A program made the position numbers and the translations under genes. A stretch of 64,000 nt of DNA, taken from Gemmatimonadaceae bacterium. GTDB taxonomy: Bacteria > Gemmatimonadota > Gemmatimonadetes > Gemmatimonadales > Gemmatimonadaceae. Location: NCBI GenBank assembly GCA_044224875.1, contig JBGAJQ010000005.1, forward strand, positions 1-64,000, read 5' to 3'. Below the pieces are notes generated by a model, which saw nothing but the letters and a program-made list of their open reading frames with translations, did not search any database and had not been told where the DNA came from. This document shows, piece after piece, positions 60,000 to 64,000 of this stretch; position 1 is the stretch's first letter, and each line of letters opens with the position of its first letter.

Positions 60000-61069
60000 G
60001 TCTTCGCGACCGACTAGCCGAGGCAGTCGCGCGCGCCGAAGCAGTCGAGCGCGACCTCGGCGACCCCAAGACGCTCAAGGACGCAAAGGCGCTGGCCGCG
60101 CTGGGCAGGGAGCACCAGCGACTCGCCGCCGTGGTCGAGCGCGCCAAACGTCTGGACAAGCTGGAAGACGAGCTCACTCAGGCGCGTGAGCTCGTCTACG
60201 TTGACGACCCGGAAATGGCCGAAGAGGCAAAGTCCGAGGTCGAGCGCGCCGAATCGGCGATTGTGTCCCTCGAGGTCGAGCTAAAACCCCTCCTCGTCCC
60301 GCACGACCCGCTGGACGATCGGCCGGCAATCGTCGAAATCAGGGCCGGTACCGGTGGCGACGAGGCCGCTCTATTTGCGGCTGACCTCTTTCGGATGTAC
60401 ACGCGCTACATCGAGCGACGGGGCTGGAAGGTCGACATCATGTCGCTGTCCGAAGGTACGCTGGGCGGGTACAAGGAAGCGGTCTTCAAGGTCCTTGGAA
60501 CCGGAGCGTTCGGCGAAATGCGATGGGAGTCCGGCGTCCACCGAGTGCAACGCGTTCCGGTCACGGAAAGCGCCGGCCGAATTCACACGAGTGCCGCGAC
60601 GGTGGCCGTGCTGCCGGAAGCCGAGGAAGTGGACATCCAGATCGACGAGAAGGAGTTGCGGATCGACGTCTTTCGCGCCTCGGGTCCTGGTGGACAGGGC
60701 GTCAACACCACCGACTCCGCCGTTCGCATCACCCACCTGCCAACAGGAACCGTCGTCCAGCAGCAGGATCAACGATCGCAGATTCAGAACCGGGCCAAGG
60801 CCATGGAAGTGCTGCGCTCGCGTTTGCTGGACATGCGCATCGCCGAACAGGAGGCCTCACGCGCGCGCTTGCGGCGTTCACAGGTCAGCACCGGCGATCG
60901 CTCGGCGAAGATCCGCACGTACAACTACCCGCAGAGCCGGGTGACCGACCATCGCATCAATCTCACGTCGTATGACCTGGCGGGAACGATGGACGGTGAC
61001 ATCAGCAAGTTCATCGAAGCACTGAAGATGGCAGACACCGAAGAGAAGCTGGCGGGAGGCGCGTTGTGA
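59996..61069 (+). CDS. prfA: Peptide chain release factor 1 (probable CTG start at 59996)
   Basis: [14 protein letters not shown] (PxT), GGQ and [10 protein letters not shown]-terminal domain extends upstream of GTG 60131. Confidence 0.95.
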   Translation: MSLRDRLAEAVARAEAVERDLGDPKTLKDAKALAALGREHQRLAAVVERAKRLDKLEDELTQARELVYVDDPEMAEEAKSEVERAESAIVSLEVELKPLLVPHDPLDDRPAIVEIRAGTGGDEAALFAADLFRMYTRYIERRGWKVDIMSLSEGTLGGYKEAVFKVLGTGAFGEMRWESGVHRVQRVPVTESAGRIHTSAATVAVLPEAEEVDIQIDEKELRIDVFRASGPGGQGVNTTDSAVRITHLPTGTVVQQQDQRSQIQNRAKAMEVLRSRLLDMRIAEQEASRARLRRSQVSTGDRSAKIRTYNYPQSRVTDHRINLTSYDLAGTMDGDISKFIEALKMADTEEKLAGGAL

Positions 61070-61989
61070 GTAACGGGCCACGCCTAACGACACCGCCCAC
61101 CGGCACCGAGATGTTCAAGGGCCTTGGGCAATGTCGTGTGCAGCAGTTGGTACTCGAGATCGCGGCGCGGCTGCAGCGCGCCGGAATCGCCGACCCGCGC
61201 GGCGAAGCGCGCGACCTGGTGGCGTCCCTGTGCGAGGCGCCGCGCTTCTGGCCCTCGCTGGAGCCGTTGGCGACGGTGGGCTTCCCGGTGGTGTGCGCGG
61301 CGCGGAAGGCCGCCGAACGACGAGCCGCTGGTGCGCCCTTTGCCTATGCCGTGGGAAAGGCGGCGTTCCGCTACTTGACACTGTCGGTGGATGAACGTGT
61401 GTTGATCCCGCGCCAGGAAACAGAACTCCTCGTGGACCAGGTGCTGGCGATGGTGCGTGGGCGTCGCTCCCAACACGTGCTCGATATCGGGACCGGGTCC
61501 GGCGCCATCGCCATTTCGTTGGCGTGCGAGGGAGACTTCGACCGAGTGGTCGCCACGGATGTCTCCGCGGACGCGCTGACGGTGGCGTCGGGGAATGCGG
61601 CGCGCAACGCTGGCACGCTCCGCACACCAATCGAGTTCCGCCACGGAAGCCTCTTTGCGCCGGTCACCGGTGAGCAGTTCGACGTCGTGGTGTCCAATCC
61701 TCCGTACATCGCCTTCAAGGAAGCGACCGAGCTCCCGAAGTCGGTGCGCGACTGGGAACCGGCCGCTGCACTCGTCTGCGGTGACGACGGGCTTTGCACC
61801 ACGTTCCGTCTGGTGGCCGACGCGCCCGCCGCAGTTCGAGCTGGCGGATTGCTCGCCTTGGAGGTCGACGAGCGGCGCGCCGGAGCGGTGGCGTCGCAGC
61901 TGTACGCCGATCCGTCCTGGCGCGACGTTCGCATCACCAAGGACCTCGCTGGGCGCGACCGTTTTGTGATCGGACGCCGCGCTGACTGA
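61066..61989 (+). CDS. prmC: Release factor glutamine methyltransferase
   Basis: [17 protein letters not shown] and SNPPY; follows prfA. Confidence 0.93.
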   Translation: MSNGPRLTTPPTGTEMFKGLGQCRVQQLVLEIAARLQRAGIADPRGEARDLVASLCEAPRFWPSLEPLATVGFPVVCAARKAAERRAAGAPFAYAVGKAAFRYLTLSVDERVLIPRQETELLVDQVLAMVRGRRSQHVLDIGTGSGAIAISLACEGDFDRVVATDVSADALTVASGNAARNAGTLRTPIEFRHGSLFAPVTGEQFDVVVSNPPYIAFKEATELPKSVRDWEPAAALVCGDDGLCTTFRLVADAPAAVRAGGLLALEVDERRAGAVASQLYADPSWRDVRITKDLAGRDRFVIGRRAD

Positions 61990-62010
61990 CCCCTTGCACA
62001 GGATTCCACG

Positions 62011-62400
62011 ATGACGCTCCCATTTGGCTCAACCGGTTCCGCGGCTCCACTGGAGGCAAAGGCGCGCGAGCTGGGCCGCCTCATTGGCCAGAGCAGCGAG
62101 TATCAATCGCTCAAGCGCGCCAATGAATCGCTTGGCGCCGACAAGGACGCGGTCACGATCCTCAATCGCATGAGCGAGCTTCGCCTGCAGGCGCAGCGCA
62201 TGATCGAGCGCGGCGAGGAGCCGACCGCCGACATGGAGCAGGAACTGGACGAGCTGCTCACCAAGGTGCAGGTGTCATCCTCGTACCAACGCGCCGTCGC
62301 CTCGCAGGAGAACTTCGACAAGATCATGATGCAGGTGAACGCCTGGATCGCCGAAGGGATCAAGGCGGGAGCGACCAGCTCAATCATCACGCTCGGGTGA
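62011..62400 (+). CDS. YlbF/YmcA-like helical protein
   Basis: KARELGRLIGQSSEYQ..A...D pattern; coiled-coil character. Confidence 0.65.
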   Translation: MTLPFGSTGSAAPLEAKARELGRLIGQSSEYQSLKRANESLGADKDAVTILNRMSELRLQAQRMIERGEEPTADMEQELDELLTKVQVSSSYQRAVASQENFDKIMMQVNAWIAEGIKAGATSSIITLG

Positions 62401-63083
62401 GCGTGTCACCGCGTGCCGGCGCCCTTGTGGTGTTCGAGGGCGCGGAAGGTGTTGGTAAGTCCACGCAGGTGCGACGCTTCTGCGCGCGTCTGGAGCGCAC
62501 CGGTCGGACGGTGGTTGCTGTACGCGAACCGGGCGGAACCTTGCTTGGCGACGAAATCCGCCGCCTCCTGCTGGACGTGGATCACCCGATGGATCCCAGG
62601 GCCGAAGCCTTGCTCTTCATGGCATCGCGCGCGCAGCTGGTTTCGTCCGTTATCCGACCGGCGCTGGAACGTGGCAGCGTCGTCGTCGCCGACCGGTTCT
62701 TCCTATCGACATACGCGTACCAGGTGTACGGGCGTGGCCTCGATCAGTCGGACGTGTCCGCGGCGAACGCGGTGGCGACGAACGGGCTCGTCCCTTCGCT
62801 CACGGTATTGCTCGCGCTGCCAGTGGATGAAGGGCTGCGCCGGATGCGGGCGCGGAGTGGCCCGGACCGCATCGAGAACGCCGACGCCGGTTTCCACGCT
62901 CGGGTCGCCGAGGCGTTCGCACGCTTCGCGACGCCTGAGTGGCAGTCGAAACATCCCGAGGCTGGACCCATCGCGAAAGTTGACGCGTTTGGTACCGAGG
63001 ACGAGGTGGACGAGCGAATCTGGACCATCTGTGGAACGCGCCTGGGGGAAACCCTTAGGTTACATCCGACGTCGAACACGTAG
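62397..63083 (+). CDS. tmk: Thymidylate kinase
   Basis: FEGAEGVGKST, REPGG and DRFFLSTYAYQ. Confidence 0.93.
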   Translation: MSVSPRAGALVVFEGAEGVGKSTQVRRFCARLERTGRTVVAVREPGGTLLGDEIRRLLLDVDHPMDPRAEALLFMASRAQLVSSVIRPALERGSVVVADRFFLSTYAYQVYGRGLDQSDVSAANAVATNGLVPSLTVLLALPVDEGLRRMRARSGPDRIENADAGFHARVAEAFARFATPEWQSKHPEAGPIAKVDAFGTEDEVDERIWTICGTRLGETLRLHPTSNT

Positions 63084-63103
63084 CGAAATCCCGTGAGTGA
63101 ATC

Positions 63104-64000
63104 ATGAGGGCCAAGGCCACCGTCATCGCCGCCGTGCTGCTCTCCGCCCTCGTGAGCGGAGGGTGGTTCCTTCAGCGTGGCTTATCGGCGAAGCCGGGTC
63201 CAGTAGCAGGCGCCCGTCTGTTCGATGCCGTGAAGGCGCATGTCGAGCGCTTCTACGTGGACTCGGTTGGCGGCGCCGACCTGTACGAGAAGGCGATGGC
63301 CGGGATGCTGCAGGAGCTGCACGACCCCAACACGTTGTACCTGAAGCCCGACCGGGTGCGTCGCTTGGAGGAACGTGTCACGGGTAACTACGCAGGGATC
63401 GGCGTACAGGTCGAGCTGCGCGATCGGTGGCCCACGGTGATCGGTACGCGATCGGCCACACCGTCGGAGCGTGCCGGGCTTCGCACCGGCGACCGTATCG
63501 CGGAGATCGATGGAAGGTCGACACACGGCTGGACGGCGGATGAGGCGATCAGGGCCATTCGTGGCACGCCTGGCACCAAGGTGGAGTTGGTGTTGGAGCG
63601 GCCGGGTGCGTCCGGGCCCATTCACGTCAGCGTGCAGCGCGACGAGATCCACCGACGGTCGGTCGGGCGCGCGTCGTTGGTGGGCGACGGGGTAGGGTAC
63701 GTGGACCTGAACATCTTCTCGGATTCCACGGCGATAGAGTTGTCGCGCGCCATCGATTCACTTCGGGCGTTAGGCATGAAGGGGCTGATCCTGGACGTGC
63801 GCGGGAATCCGGGCGGCATACTTGCGCAAGGCGTGGGTGTGGCCGACCTCTTCCTGGACACCAAGCTTCCGATCGTGAGCATGCGGGGGCGCACGCCAGA
63901 GACCAACCAGGTGTTCTATGACAGCGCGCCCGAGCGCTGGCCGGGGATGCCGCTGGTGCTGCTGGTGGATGAGGGGAGCGCCAGCGCCAGTGAGATCGTG
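63104..64000 (+). CDS. S41 family carboxy-terminal processing peptidase (CtpA/Prc-like), truncated by window end
   Basis: Not in the ORF track. MRAKATVIAAVLL..., LHDPNTLYL, PDZ (GIGVQV, GLRTGDRI), LILDVRGNPGG and VDEGSASASEIV. Confidence 0.9.
   Translation, partial: MRAKATVIAAVLLSALVSGGWFLQRGLSAKPGPVAGARLFDAVKAHVERFYVDSVGGADLYEKAMAGMLQELHDPNTLYLKPDRVRRLEERVTGNYAGIGVQVELRDRWPTVIGTRSATPSERAGLRTGDRIAEIDGRSTHGWTADEAIRAIRGTPGTKVELVLERPGASGPIHVSVQRDEIHRRSVGRASLVGDGVGYVDLNIFSDSTAIELSRAIDSLRALGMKGLILDVRGNPGGILAQGVGVADLFLDTKLPIVSMRGRTPETNQVFYDSAPERWPGMPLVLLVDEGSASASEIV

Noticed and set aside
1..64000. CRISPR arrays, tRNA/rRNA, transposases, prophage
   Set aside because: I saw no regularly spaced repeats, RNA-gene signatures, or integrase, transposase or phage motifs.

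Overview
A GC-rich (about two-thirds G+C by eye), densely coding bacterial chromosomal segment. Gene content and style suggest Gemmatimonadota, which is an inference. It holds about 54 CDSs, mostly housekeeping or metabolic: dinB, lepB, a sigma-70 factor, rimO, rpmE-prfA-prmC, tmk, an S41 protease, GH3, ALDH and hydantoinase/oxoprolinase. It also has many signalling genes: a large membrane histidine kinase, a pseudokinase-kinase tandem, an NtrX-like regulator, a HEAT + HD-GYP pair, YajQ and Crp. I found no rRNA, tRNA, CRISPR array or mobile element. The most interesting locus is 42025-48020 on the minus strand. A lipoprotein ending in an HF|S autoproteolysis-like motif (tail SGYNVVAF) is followed by an unannotated 23-aa hydrophobic peptide gene (tail AGFLVISA), a terminator-like hairpin, and a 1589-aa TPR-HD-GYP-GGDEF-STAND ATPase-TPR protein. 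This is a candidate peptide-sensing c-di-GMP system. Other signals are a strongly recurrent GTTAGG(C) motif, a tandem ARG-box operator, and probable CTG start codons, including for prfA.
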